64,000 nt of DNA from an uncultured Candidatus Saccharibacteria bacterium. Lineage in GTDB: Bacteria > Patescibacteriota > WWE3 > UBA101185 > UBA10185. Below the pieces are notes generated by a model. The model did no database searches and was not told the DNA's origin. It worked only from the letters and a program-made list of their open reading frames with translations. This document shows, piece by piece, positions 10,197 through 20,006 of this stretch. Location: NCBI GenBank assembly GCA_964490125.1, contig CAZBAJ010000001.1, forward strand, positions 3,573-67,572, in the 5' to 3' direction. A program made the translations under genes and the position numbers. Position 1 is the first letter of the stretch. The number at the start of each line of letters is the position of its first letter.

Positions 10197-11336
10197 ATGA
10201 TAGCAAGAACCTTAGCTAAAGAACTTATAAACAAAGCAGAGAAGTACCCGGTGATTTCTGTAACAGGACCCAGACAGTCAGGCAAAACAACGCTAATTAA
10301 AAGCCTGTATCCGGGTTATTTGTATGCCAATTTAGAATATCCCGACATTAGGGAATTTGCCAAAACAGATCCCAGAAGATTTTTAAATCAGGCTAAAACC
10401 ATGATTGTGGACGAAGTGCAGTATGTACCTGATTTACTTGCATACATGCAGGGAAATGTAGATGAGGACAAAGACAGACAGTATGTAATTTCCGGCTCCC
10501 AGAACCTATTACTTTCCGCAAAAGTCTCCGAGTCTCTTGCCGGTAGGGTGTTTGTAGCCAACCTGTTGCCACTTACGCTAAACGAGTTAGCAAGCGTGAA
10601 CCTAACTGAACCCGATTTAGTGTCCCAGTTATTTAAAGGTTTCTACCCCAAGATTTACGACGAAAATTTGGACCCAGTGATGTGGTATCGAAATTATATT
10701 TTGACTTATTTGGAACGCGATGTTAGGGACATAAAGACTGTGGATAGCTTGTCCTCGTTTAGAAATTTTATGGCTTTGTTGGCAGGTAGAACGGGGCAGA
10801 TTTTGAACATGGCTTCATTAGCAAGCGACGCTGGAATAAGTGCACCCACAGCAAAAGCGTGGATTTCTATACTGGAGGCAAGTTACATAATTAGGATACT
10901 TCCGCCATATTATAACAATTGGAATAAGAGGGTAGTTAAAGCACCCAAAGTCCATTTTGTTGATACCGGATTAGTATGCGCTCTGCTTGGCATAAAAAGC
11001 ACCGTAGAATTGGCACACCACCCGCTAATCGGAAGTATTTTTGAATCCTATGTATTTTCTGAATATGTAAAACGAAAAGCCAATTTTGAACTAACCGCCG
11101 ATCTATATTTTTGGAAAGACAAATCTAATAAAGAGGTTGATATATTGTTGGAAGCTGGAAATATAACAGAAGCTATTGAAGTAAAATACGGTCAGACCAT
11201 AGCTTTGGAATATTTTGCTAACCTAGAAAGTTATAGATTTTTATCCGAGACGCCTGTGAAGACCAGCGTTGTGTACGGCGGGCAGGGAATACACGAACGA
11301 GGCAACCATGTAGTTTGCGGGTGGCGGGAATTTTAG
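10197..11336 (+). CDS. AAA_14 ATPase with C-terminal DUF4143 (PD-(D/E)XK-like) domain
   Basis: GPRQSGKT, DEVQ, ESLAGR, PKVHFVDTGL, FES, EVD..IEVK. Confidence 0.92.
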   Translation: MIARTLAKELINKAEKYPVISVTGPRQSGKTTLIKSLYPGYLYANLEYPDIREFAKTDPRRFLNQAKTMIVDEVQYVPDLLAYMQGNVDEDKDRQYVISGSQNLLLSAKVSESLAGRVFVANLLPLTLNELASVNLTEPDLVSQLFKGFYPKIYDENLDPVMWYRNYILTYLERDVRDIKTVDSLSSFRNFMALLAGRTGQILNMASLASDAGISAPTAKAWISILEASYIIRILPPYYNNWNKRVVKAPKVHFVDTGLVCALLGIKSTVELAHHPLIGSIFESYVFSEYVKRKANFELTADLYFWKDKSNKEVDILLEAGNITEAIEVKYGQTIALEYFANLESYRFLSETPVKTSVVYGGQGIHERGNHVVCGWREF

Positions 11337-11372
11337 AGGCGCCTTAATTTGTTTTCATGCTATTATTAAAAA

Positions 11373-12005
11373 ATGCCGTTATTCAATAAATCCGTTACTT
11401 CCATTGGCGGGGATGCTAAAGCCGACAGTACTAAAAAGCAGGACCAAAGCGGGAAGAGCTTTTTTTTGGAAATGATGGAAACTTTGGTTAGCTCCGTCAT
11501 TGTTATTCTTGTTATTTACTCTACAGTCGCCTTTCCGGAAATGGTGGTGGGTTCTAGTATGGAACCCAATTTTTACACCGGCGAGCGGATTTTGGTGGAA
11601 AAAGTCACGCGGTTTTTTAAGTCGTACAAAAGAGGCGACATTGTTGTACTTCACCCGCCCGGAAATGATAATATAGACTACATCAAGCGGATTGTGGGTA
11701 TGCCCGGGGATGTGGTAAAAATTGTGGACTGTAAGGTATACATAAAATCCGGTGAGGAAAGTTTTTTGTACGAGGAAGATTATTTGTCCGACGGGATTTG
11801 TACCATAGGTGGGGTTAAAATAAAGGATGGGCGGTCGTTTAAGATTGAAGACGGCAATTATTTGGTTTTAGGTGACAACCGCGAGAAATCTTTGGACTCG
11901 CGGGCGTTTGGGTTGGTACCCAAAGAGAGGATTTTAGGCAAGGTGGTTTACAGGTTTTGGCCACCTGCAAAAGCGGGTTTTGTTAATGTTGACAGCAAAA
12001 ATTAA
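11373..12005 (+). CDS. lepB: Signal peptidase I
   Basis: GSSMEP (catalytic Ser), YIKRIVG (Lys), GDNR..SLDSR. Confidence 0.96.
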   Translation: MPLFNKSVTSIGGDAKADSTKKQDQSGKSFFLEMMETLVSSVIVILVIYSTVAFPEMVVGSSMEPNFYTGERILVEKVTRFFKSYKRGDIVVLHPPGNDNIDYIKRIVGMPGDVVKIVDCKVYIKSGEESFLYEEDYLSDGICTIGGVKIKDGRSFKIEDGNYLVLGDNREKSLDSRAFGLVPKERILGKVVYRFWPPAKAGFVNVDSKN

Positions 12006-12017
12006 GTATGATAAGCT
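11989..12017 (+). promoter_or_regulatory. Promoter for rpoBC (TTGACA-17-TAAGCT, extended TG)
   Basis: Consensus -35 at 11989-11994, TGn plus -10 at 12012-12017. Confidence 0.7.
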
Positions 12018-12068
12018 ACCCGCCAGCGCACGGGGAAGTCGTGCTTATTTCTTTTTAACTAAATAATA

Positions 12069-15000
12069 ATGAGATACGATTTTTCAAAACGAAGAGAAGT
12101 TTTGCCTCTAAAAGATTTAACAGGTGTACAAACTAAATCTTACCAGTGGCTTTTGCAAGAAGGTTTGGACGAGGTTTTGAATGAAGTTGGCACTATTGAA
12201 GACTATTCCGGGCGGGGTTGGGTGTTGCAATTACACAGTCCTACCTTTGAAAAACCCAGTATCACTAAAGACAACGCCTTTTTTACCGGTCGCACTTACG
12301 ACATGCCTTGGTATTTAAAGGCTACCCTAAAAGATACCATTGAGAAAAAAGAAAAAACCCAAAACATTTATATGGGCGACATTCCCGTAATGACCGAACG
12401 CGGTACTTTTATTATAAATGGTGTGGAGCGGGTAGTGGTCAGCCAGTTGACTAGATCGGAAGGTGTGTTGTTTACCAGTGAGGTTTCCCCCATTACCGGA
12501 GCGACGCTTGGGGGCGCCAAAGTTTTGCCTAAAAATGGCGTTTGGCTAGAAATTGAAACTTCCCGAACAGGCATTATTAGCGTAAAAATCGATAGGCGCA
12601 GAAAACTTGCCATTACTTCTTTACTCCGGATTTACGGTTTGACTACTAATGACCAAATTAAAGAGGCATTTAAAGATGTGGACAATGATCCGGAATTAAG
12701 CTACATAGACGCAACTTTAGCAAGAGATCCTTCCGGCGATTACGACCAAGCCTGCTTGGAGGTATATAAAAAGATGCGACCGGGTGAGCCGTTGGTGTTG
12801 GATAATGCTAAAGCTTTGGTCCACTCCATGTTTTTTAACCCGCGCAGATATTCGCTTGGTAAGGTAGGTCGGTTTAAATTTAACCAAAAACTTAATTTGG
12901 ACACGCCCAATGACAACAAGCACTGGCTAATGTTCCAAGAGGACTTGCTTAAAATTATTGCTCGGGTAATTGAAATCAATAATGGGGTTGCGGTGTCGGA
13001 CGACATTGACCACTTAGCCAATAGGAGGGTTAAGTCCATGGGAGAGCTTCTGCAAAATCAAATTAGAATTGGCTTTTTGCAACTTGAGCGCAATGTTAAG
13101 GAGCGTATGAGCCTGCATCCCAGGGACGAGATGCCGGAGCCGTCCGTGCTTATTTCTACTAGAATCGTAGCATCCAAAGTCCACAGTTTTTTTGCTACTG
13201 GTCAACTTTCCCAACAGCACGACCAACAAAATCCATTGACTTCATTGGATCACACCAGGCGTTTGTCATTAATGGGTCCCGGCGGACTTACTAAAGAGCG
13301 GGCAAGCATGGCGGTTAGAGATGTTCACTACACGCATTACGGCAAAATTTGCCCTGTTAGATCGCCGGAAGGTCCAAACATTGGACTTATTACTTATATG
13401 ACGCAGTATGCGGTGGTTAACGACTATGGATTTTTGGAAACACCTTACAGAAAAGTTGTCAATGAAAACGGCAAAATGCGTGTGACGGATGAAGTTGTGT
13501 ATTTGGCGGCCTATGACGAGGATAAAGTTAATATTGCTGACGCGTCCGCCACCCTGGATGAAAAAGGTTATGTTTTGGATGAGCGCGTATCTATGCGTAA
13601 AGGCGACAAGTTTTTAATTAGAGGCGTTGACAACATGGAGTACATGGATCTTATTCCAAGACAAATTGTAGGTATTTCCGCGGGGCTTATTCCCTTTTTG
13701 TCGCACGACGATGTGAACAGGTCTTTGGTGGCAACCCAGCAGATGTCTCAAGCCGTGCCGTTAGTAAAACCGGAGGCTCCTATTGTAGGTACGGGTACAG
13801 AGGAATCCGTTGCGCTAAATACCGGCTATGTTATTACTGCCGACGCAGATGGTGAGGTCACCTTTGCGGACGCTTCTAAAATCGTTGTTCAATACGGCAA
13901 AGATAAAAAATCAAAAGCGGAATATAAGTTGTCAAAATTTATAAAGTCCAATCAAGATACCTGCATTAACCAGACGGTAAAGGTGACAACCGGTCAAAAA
14001 GTTAAAAAAGGCGATGTTTTGGCGGAAGGACCTGGTATTGTGGACAAAGAAGTTGCCATTGGAACTAATGTAAAAGCCGCCTATATGATTTGGCGTGGTT
14101 ATGAGTACGAAGACGGCATTGTAATTTCAGATCGGTTAGTGAAAGAGGATATTCTAACCTCAATTCACATTTCCGATTACAATGTGTCCGTTTTAGAAAC
14201 TAAACTAGGACCGGAGGAAATTACCAGAGATATTCCAAATGTGTCGGAGGACGCTTTAAGAAATCTTGGGGAGGACGGAGTTGTGGCAATAGGTTCTAAA
14301 GTAAGGTCGGGTGACATTTTAGTAGGTAAAGTTGCTCCCAAAGGTGAAACCGACCTTTCTGCGGAAGAACGACTTTTGCGCGCTATTTTTGGTGAAAAAG
14401 CCAAAGAGGTTAGGGACAATTCCTTAAGCGTTCCTCATGGCGAGCGGGGTGTGGTAATAGGCATTAAGCGCGTCACCCGGGAAGATAATAAAGAGCTACC
14501 AAGTGGAGTAATAGAAGAAATTACCGTTTATGTTGCCCAGCAAAGAAAAATAGAAGTGGGCGACAAGTTGGCAGGCCGACATGGAAACAAGGGCGTAATT
14601 TCCGCCATTGTGCCGGAAATAGACATGCCACATATGGAAAACGGCGAGCCCGTGGATATAATTTTTGCTTCTGACACAGTGCTAAAAAGAATGAATGTGG
14701 GTCAGATTTTGGAAGCGCCGTTAGGTTACGCGGGCAGAGTGTTAGGTAAAAAATACACTGTGCCAGTTTTCCAAAGTCCTTCGGAAGAAGATTACCAAAA
14801 GGAGTTAACCGAAGCTGGTATTCCTCTAACTGGTAAGGTAAAACTCATTGATGGTCGGACTGGCGAATATTTTGAACATCCGGTATTGGTTGGTGAAACC
14901 TACATTTTAAAGCTGTATCACATGGCAGAAGATAAGATGCACGCGCGGTCTACTGGTCCGTACTCGCTTATTACGCAACAGCCGTTGGGAGGAAAAGCGC

Positions 15001-15344
15001 AATTTGGCGGACAGAGATTTGGAGAAATGGAAGTTTGGGCGTTGGAGGCTTACGGGGCTGCAAATGTCCTGCAGGAAATGCTTACCATTAAGTCGGACGA
15101 CTTTGTAGGCAGAACTCAAGCTTACAGGTCTATTTTGCAGGGTATGTCTATTCCAACCTCTAACATTCCGGAGTCGTTTAAATTATTAGTACGAGAGTTA
15201 AACGGTTTAGGGTTGGGGCTTTTGCCCATTGGCGCGCAAAAACTGGAGACGCCAGAGGCAGAAAGCGTAGTCCCGCAAAATGCCGAGCTAGAAAAAGAAA
15301 TTAAAGAACAAACCCAAAATTTTGTGGTGGAGGAGGACAACTAA
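12069..15344 (+). CDS. rpoB: RNA polymerase beta subunit
   Basis: GTFIINGVERVVVSQL, PEGPNIGL, GDKLAGRHGNKG, GGQRFGEMEVWALEAYGAA. Confidence 0.99.
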   Translation: MRYDFSKRREVLPLKDLTGVQTKSYQWLLQEGLDEVLNEVGTIEDYSGRGWVLQLHSPTFEKPSITKDNAFFTGRTYDMPWYLKATLKDTIEKKEKTQNIYMGDIPVMTERGTFIINGVERVVVSQLTRSEGVLFTSEVSPITGATLGGAKVLPKNGVWLEIETSRTGIISVKIDRRRKLAITSLLRIYGLTTNDQIKEAFKDVDNDPELSYIDATLARDPSGDYDQACLEVYKKMRPGEPLVLDNAKALVHSMFFNPRRYSLGKVGRFKFNQKLNLDTPNDNKHWLMFQEDLLKIIARVIEINNGVAVSDDIDHLANRRVKSMGELLQNQIRIGFLQLERNVKERMSLHPRDEMPEPSVLISTRIVASKVHSFFATGQLSQQHDQQNPLTSLDHTRRLSLMGPGGLTKERASMAVRDVHYTHYGKICPVRSPEGPNIGLITYMTQYAVVNDYGFLETPYRKVVNENGKMRVTDEVVYLAAYDEDKVNIADASATLDEKGYVLDERVSMRKGDKFLIRGVDNMEYMDLIPRQIVGISAGLIPFLSHDDVNRSLVATQQMSQAVPLVKPEAPIVGTGTEESVALNTGYVITADADGEVTFADASKIVVQYGKDKKSKAEYKLSKFIKSNQDTCINQTVKVTTGQKVKKGDVLAEGPGIVDKEVAIGTNVKAAYMIWRGYEYEDGIVISDRLVKEDILTSIHISDYNVSVLETKLGPEEITRDIPNVSEDALRNLGEDGVVAIGSKVRSGDILVGKVAPKGETDLSAEERLLRAIFGEKAKEVRDNSLSVPHGERGVVIGIKRVTREDNKELPSGVIEEITVYVAQQRKIEVGDKLAGRHGNKGVISAIVPEIDMPHMENGEPVDIIFASDTVLKRMNVGQILEAPLGYAGRVLGKKYTVPVFQSPSEEDYQKELTEAGIPLTGKVKLIDGRTGEYFEHPVLVGETYILKLYHMAEDKMHARSTGPYSLITQQPLGGKAQFGGQRFGEMEVWALEAYGAANVLQEMLTIKSDDFVGRTQAYRSILQGMSIPTSNIPESFKLLVRELNGLGLGLLPIGAQKLETPEAESVVPQNAELEKEIKEQTQNFVVEEDN

Positions 15345-18300
15345 TGAGACAAATTGGAGATCTTGCTGATTTTTCGTCGCTAAAAATTTACCTGGCTTCT
15401 GCTAAAGACATTTTGGAATGGTCTTATGGCGAAGTTATAAAGCCGGAAACCATTAATTATAGAACCTTTAAGCCAGAAAAAGACGGTTTGTTTGACGAAC
15501 GCATTTTTGGACCGTCAAAAGATTTTGAATGTTATTGCGGTAAATACAAACGAATTAGGTACAAAGGCGTAATTTGCGACAAATGCGGTGTGGAGGTTAC
15601 TTCATCCAGAGTGCGACGGGAAAGAATGGGGCATATTAAACTGGCAAGTCCGGTTGCCCATGTGTGGTTTTTTAGGGGTATTCCGTCCAAAATGGCATTG
15701 GTGCTGGATATTTCACCCAGAAATATTGAATCCATTGTCTATTTTTCATCGTTTATTGTGACGGAGGTTTTAGACGAGAAAAAGGCTCACGCCATTGATA
15801 AAGTCGCAAAAGATTTAGAAAAAGCTAAAGAAGCAGTTTCCAAAGAATACGAGGAGCAAATTAAGGACTTGGAAAAAGACTTTGGTTCCAAGGTTCGTGA
15901 CGGTAACAAAGGTTTTTCCGTAGAGGAAGCCGAGCATAAATTTAAAGATAAAGTCAACCATATTAGAGCTAAACAAGGAGAAAAGTTGGGCGAATTGGAG
16001 AGCGAGTACGGCATCATGCAACGCAAATTAGAAAGTATCGAATTGTTTAGCGTTTTGTCGGATAATGAATATGTTAATTTGGCTGACTATATAGACGACT
16101 TTTGTAAAGTAGACATTGGCGCCGAGGCTTTGCAAAAAATTTTAACCGACTTGGATTTAAACGCGTTGGCGCTTGAATTAAAAGAGATCGTTCAGAATTC
16201 CAAGGGTCAAAAAGCCCAAAAAGCTATAAAAAGACTACGCGCGGTAGAAGGTTTTAGACGGGCGACTCTTGAACCCTCACGGATGATTTTAAGCGTTTTG
16301 CCCGTAATTCCGCCGGATTTGCGACCTATGGTTCAGTTAGAAGGCGGGCGGTTTGCTACCTCCGATCTTAACGATTTGTACAGAAGAGTCATAAATAGAA
16401 ACAACCGACTTAAAAGACTTTTGGACTTGGGCGCGCCGGAAATTATCGTTAGAAACGAAAAACGCATGTTGCAAGAGGCGGTTGACGCATTATTGGACTC
16501 CTCTAAACAGCGCTCAACTGTAAGAACGGCGGTAAAAGGTAATAAAAAGCAGTTAAGATCCTTGGCCGACATGTTAAAAGGCAAGCAAGGTCGCTTTAGA
16601 CAAAACTTGTTGGGTAAGCGTGTAGACTATTCTGCAAGGTCAGTTATTGTTAACGGACCAGAACTTAAGCTTAACGAATGTGGTATTCCCAAAAACATGG
16701 CGTTGGAACTGTTTAAACCATTTGTTTTAAGGGAAGTTTTAGCCAGAGGTTTGGCGCCCAATGTCAAAAGCGCCAGGTATGTGTTGGAGCAAGAAGGCCC
16801 AGAAATTTGGGAAATTTTAGAAGGCTTGGTTAAAGATCACCCAGTACTATTAAATAGAGCCCCAACCTTGTGGCGACTTGGTATTCAGGCATTTTACCCC
16901 AAATTAGTGGAGGGTAATGCTATTAGACTGCACCTGTGCGTATGTCCTGGTTACAACGCCGACTTTGATGGCGACCAGATGGCTGTCCATTTGCCTCTTT
17001 CTGCCAAGGCGGTGGAGGAAGCCAAAACTCTAATGCTGTCCATTAACAATTTACGCCGTCCTGCGGACGGATCCCCGTCGTCCGTGCCAATTAAAATTAT
17101 GTTGTTCGGCGTGTACTACATAACTTGTATAGATGAAAAATTGCCGATGCCGGAAAAAGTCTTTTCCAGTCCACAAGAAGTATTATTTTTGTTGGAATCT
17201 ACGGGCGAGGTTGCCATGCGTCAAAAATTAAAAGTTAGAATAAACGGGGAAATTGTTGAAACTACGCCAGGCAGAATAATTTTTAACAACTATATTCCGG
17301 AACATTTTAGGTTTGTTAACGACACAATGGATAAAAAGAAGGTCCACGCCGTTTTGCAAAGATCTTTTGACAACGAGCCTTTAGAAGTTACCGCTAAACT
17401 AATTGACGACATAAAAGACATGGGTTTTAAATACGGCACCATGTTAGGTCACTCTACCGCTCTTTCCGATGTCGTCGTTCCACCGGCCAGAAAAACTTTA
17501 ATAGACAGCGCCCAAGAAGAAGTTGTGGAAATAAACCATAACTACAGGCGTGGACTTATTACGGAAGCAGAAGCCAAAAGATTAAGGGAAGAAGTTTGGA
17601 ATAGAACGACCTCGCAAATTGATGAGAAAGTTTGGGAGGGTTTAACCGAGGACAACCCGCTTAAAATGGAGATTGTTTCCGGTTCCAGCAGAGCCTCACG
17701 GGACCAAATTAAACAGGTTGGTGGTATCCGCGGGCTTATTGCCGATACTCAAAGCAGGATTGTGGATTTGCCGATTTTAGGCAATTATAAACTTGGACTT
17801 TCCGGCATGGAGTACTTTTTAAGCGGTCGGGGTGCAAGAAAAGGTTTGGTAGACAAGGCATTAAAGACTGCGGACGCGGGTTATATGACCAGAAGACTTG
17901 TAGATGTGGCACAAGATGTGGTAGTTAGACAGCTTGATTGCGGAACGACTAAAGGTAGAGAAGTGTTGGTGGGTGAAAAAACCTCGTTATCATCTTTTGC
18001 CGATAGGATGGCTGGTAGATATTTAGCGCAAACAATTAAAGTGGGCGACAAAGTCATTGCGGAGAAAGATGCTTATTTGGATAGAGATTTACTTAAAAAA
18101 ATCGAGGACGCCAAAGTCGAAAAAATAATTATAAGAAGTCCTATGACTTGTGAAACCAAGCGGGGCGTGTGTCAACGATGCTACGGATTGGATGTGATGT
18201 CTGCAGAGTTAGTTAAGGTTGGTACGGCGGTTGGAGTGCAGGCGGCCCAGGCCATAGGAGAGCCGGGAACTCAGCTTACTATGAAGACCTTCCAGACTGG

Positions 18301-19027
18301 TGGTGTGGCAACGGTTAAAGATATTACCCAAGGTTTGCCCAGAGTAGAAGAAGTTTTTGAAGCCAGGGCGCCAAAGAACATGTCGCTTATGGCAGATATT
18401 ACCGGTACGGTAAGTATTTCTAAGGCGGGAGATGAACGCAAGATTGTTATTTTGCCTGCCGACAAGGACGAGCTGGCCGCCGAGTACATGGTTGACCCCA
18501 TGTCGGAAATTATTGTTAAGGACGGTCAATTAGTAGCAAAAGGGGAAAAGCTGACTTCCGGTCACCTTGATTTAACGGAGCTTATGCGGGCAACCGGTGT
18601 TGCGGCAACCAGAAAATATATTATTGACGAAATTCAAAAAGTCTACTCGTCTCAAGGCGTGGTTATTAACGATAAGCACATAGAAACCATTGCCAGGCAA
18701 ATGTTTAACCATGTTCGTATTGATGATCCGGGGGACACAGCCTTTTTAGAAGGTGAGATAGCCACTAAAGCGGCTTTTGAAGAAGGTAACGAACGCGTTT
18801 TGGCAGAAGGCGGAACACCTGCAACAGCAAAGATTACCCTTTTGGGTATTACCAAGGCCAGCCTTAACACGGATAGCTTCCTTTCCGCGGCGTCGTTTAT
18901 CCAAACCAGTAGCGTCTTGACCGATGCTGCAAGCTCTGGTAAGGTGGATAGGCTCATTGGACTGAAGGAGAATGTTATTATAGGTAGATTAATTCCCACA
19001 GGCGATAGAGCAAAAATGGAGGAATAA
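15344..19027 (+). CDS. rpoC: RNA polymerase beta' subunit
   Basis: KPETINYRT, zinc-finger cysteines, NADFDGDQM catalytic motif, GLKENVIIGRLIP. Confidence 0.99.
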   Translation: MRQIGDLADFSSLKIYLASAKDILEWSYGEVIKPETINYRTFKPEKDGLFDERIFGPSKDFECYCGKYKRIRYKGVICDKCGVEVTSSRVRRERMGHIKLASPVAHVWFFRGIPSKMALVLDISPRNIESIVYFSSFIVTEVLDEKKAHAIDKVAKDLEKAKEAVSKEYEEQIKDLEKDFGSKVRDGNKGFSVEEAEHKFKDKVNHIRAKQGEKLGELESEYGIMQRKLESIELFSVLSDNEYVNLADYIDDFCKVDIGAEALQKILTDLDLNALALELKEIVQNSKGQKAQKAIKRLRAVEGFRRATLEPSRMILSVLPVIPPDLRPMVQLEGGRFATSDLNDLYRRVINRNNRLKRLLDLGAPEIIVRNEKRMLQEAVDALLDSSKQRSTVRTAVKGNKKQLRSLADMLKGKQGRFRQNLLGKRVDYSARSVIVNGPELKLNECGIPKNMALELFKPFVLREVLARGLAPNVKSARYVLEQEGPEIWEILEGLVKDHPVLLNRAPTLWRLGIQAFYPKLVEGNAIRLHLCVCPGYNADFDGDQMAVHLPLSAKAVEEAKTLMLSINNLRRPADGSPSSVPIKIMLFGVYYITCIDEKLPMPEKVFSSPQEVLFLLESTGEVAMRQKLKVRINGEIVETTPGRIIFNNYIPEHFRFVNDTMDKKKVHAVLQRSFDNEPLEVTAKLIDDIKDMGFKYGTMLGHSTALSDVVVPPARKTLIDSAQEEVVEINHNYRRGLITEAEAKRLREEVWNRTTSQIDEKVWEGLTEDNPLKMEIVSGSSRASRDQIKQVGGIRGLIADTQSRIVDLPILGNYKLGLSGMEYFLSGRGARKGLVDKALKTADAGYMTRRLVDVAQDVVVRQLDCGTTKGREVLVGEKTSLSSFADRMAGRYLAQTIKVGDKVIAEKDAYLDRDLLKKIEDAKVEKIIIRSPMTCETKRGVCQRCYGLDVMSAELVKVGTAVGVQAAQAIGEPGTQLTMKTFQTGGVATVKDITQGLPRVEEVFEARAPKNMSLMADITGTVSISKAGDERKIVILPADKDELAAEYMVDPMSEIIVKDGQLVAKGEKLTSGHLDLTELMRATGVAATRKYIIDEIQKVYSSQGVVINDKHIETIARQMFNHVRIDDPGDTAFLEGEIATKAAFEEGNERVLAEGGTPATAKITLLGITKASLNTDSFLSAASFIQTSSVLTDAASSGKVDRLIGLKENVIIGRLIPTGDRAKMEE

Positions 19028-19030
19028 GCT

Positions 19031-19465
19031 ATGCCAACGGTTAATCAGTTGTTAAGAAAAGGCAGAAAAACTAAATTAAAAAAGGCTAAAACACCGGCGC
19101 TTAAGGCGTTTTTTAACTCCAAGCGACGCGTTTCTACCCAGTTTCCGTCGCCCTTTAAAAAGGGTGTGTGTTTGCAAGTTAAAACGCAAACGCCAAAAAA
19201 GCCAAATTCTGCTTTGCGCAAGGTTGCCAGGGTGCGACTTTCTAATGGTCGCGAGCTTACTGCTTATATTCCTGGGGAAGGTCATTCTTTGCAGGAACAC
19301 TCCGTAGTTTTAGTCCGAGGCGGTAGAGTTAAAGACTTACCTGGTATAAAATTTACTATTGTTAGGGGTAAGTACGACTTAATGGGAGTGGAAAAACGCA
19401 GTACATCAAGATCCATTTATGGTCGCAAAAAAGAACTTAAAGCAGGAGGCATGTTAAAGAAGTGA
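19031..19465 (+). CDS. rpsL: 30S ribosomal protein S12
   Basis: [27 protein letters not shown]. Confidence 0.99.
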   Translation: MPTVNQLLRKGRKTKLKKAKTPALKAFFNSKRRVSTQFPSPFKKGVCLQVKTQTPKKPNSALRKVARVRLSNGRELTAYIPGEGHSLQEHSVVLVRGGRVKDLPGIKFTIVRGKYDLMGVEKRSTSRSIYGRKKELKAGGMLKK

Positions 19466-19533
19466 TGATTATGAGGTCATCGGTTCTCAATTTAGTAAAA
19501 TATGAGAACCTGCGGTCCTCTAATTAATAAATT

Positions 19534-19998
19534 ATGAGATCAGGACCAATTAAAAAAATTCAAAAGCCGGGCGACTCTGTTTACAAGTCCAAACTTGTGG
19601 CTAGAGTTGTAAGCATTGTTATGCGTGCGGGTAAAAAAAGTACCGCAGAAGATATTGTGTACGGTGTTATTTCCAAGCTTAATGCCGACAAAAAACAAGC
19701 CTTGGAGATGTTTGAGACCGCTATTAAAAATGTCATGCCTAAACTGGAGGTTAGAAGCAGGCGGATGGGCGGAGCAACTTATCAGGTTCCGCAACCTGTA
19801 CGGTACGAAAGATCCGAGGCATTAGCTGTAAGATGGCTTATTGGCGCCGCCAGGAAAAAGAAGGGTAAACCCATGGAAGAAAAATTGCTAGAAGAAATTA
19901 AAAACGCCCATCAGGGTATTGGCGATGCCATTAAAAAGCGCGACGATGTCCACAAAATGGCCGAAGCCAACAAAGCATTTTCTCATTTTAAATTTTAA
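19534..19998 (+). CDS. rpsG: 30S ribosomal protein S7
   Basis: [25 protein letters not shown]. Confidence 0.99.
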   Translation: MRSGPIKKIQKPGDSVYKSKLVARVVSIVMRAGKKSTAEDIVYGVISKLNADKKQALEMFETAIKNVMPKLEVRSRRMGGATYQVPQPVRYERSEALAVRWLIGAARKKKGKPMEEKLLEEIKNAHQGIGDAIKKRDDVHKMAEANKAFSHFKF

Positions 19999-20006
19999 CT
20001 TGTCCT

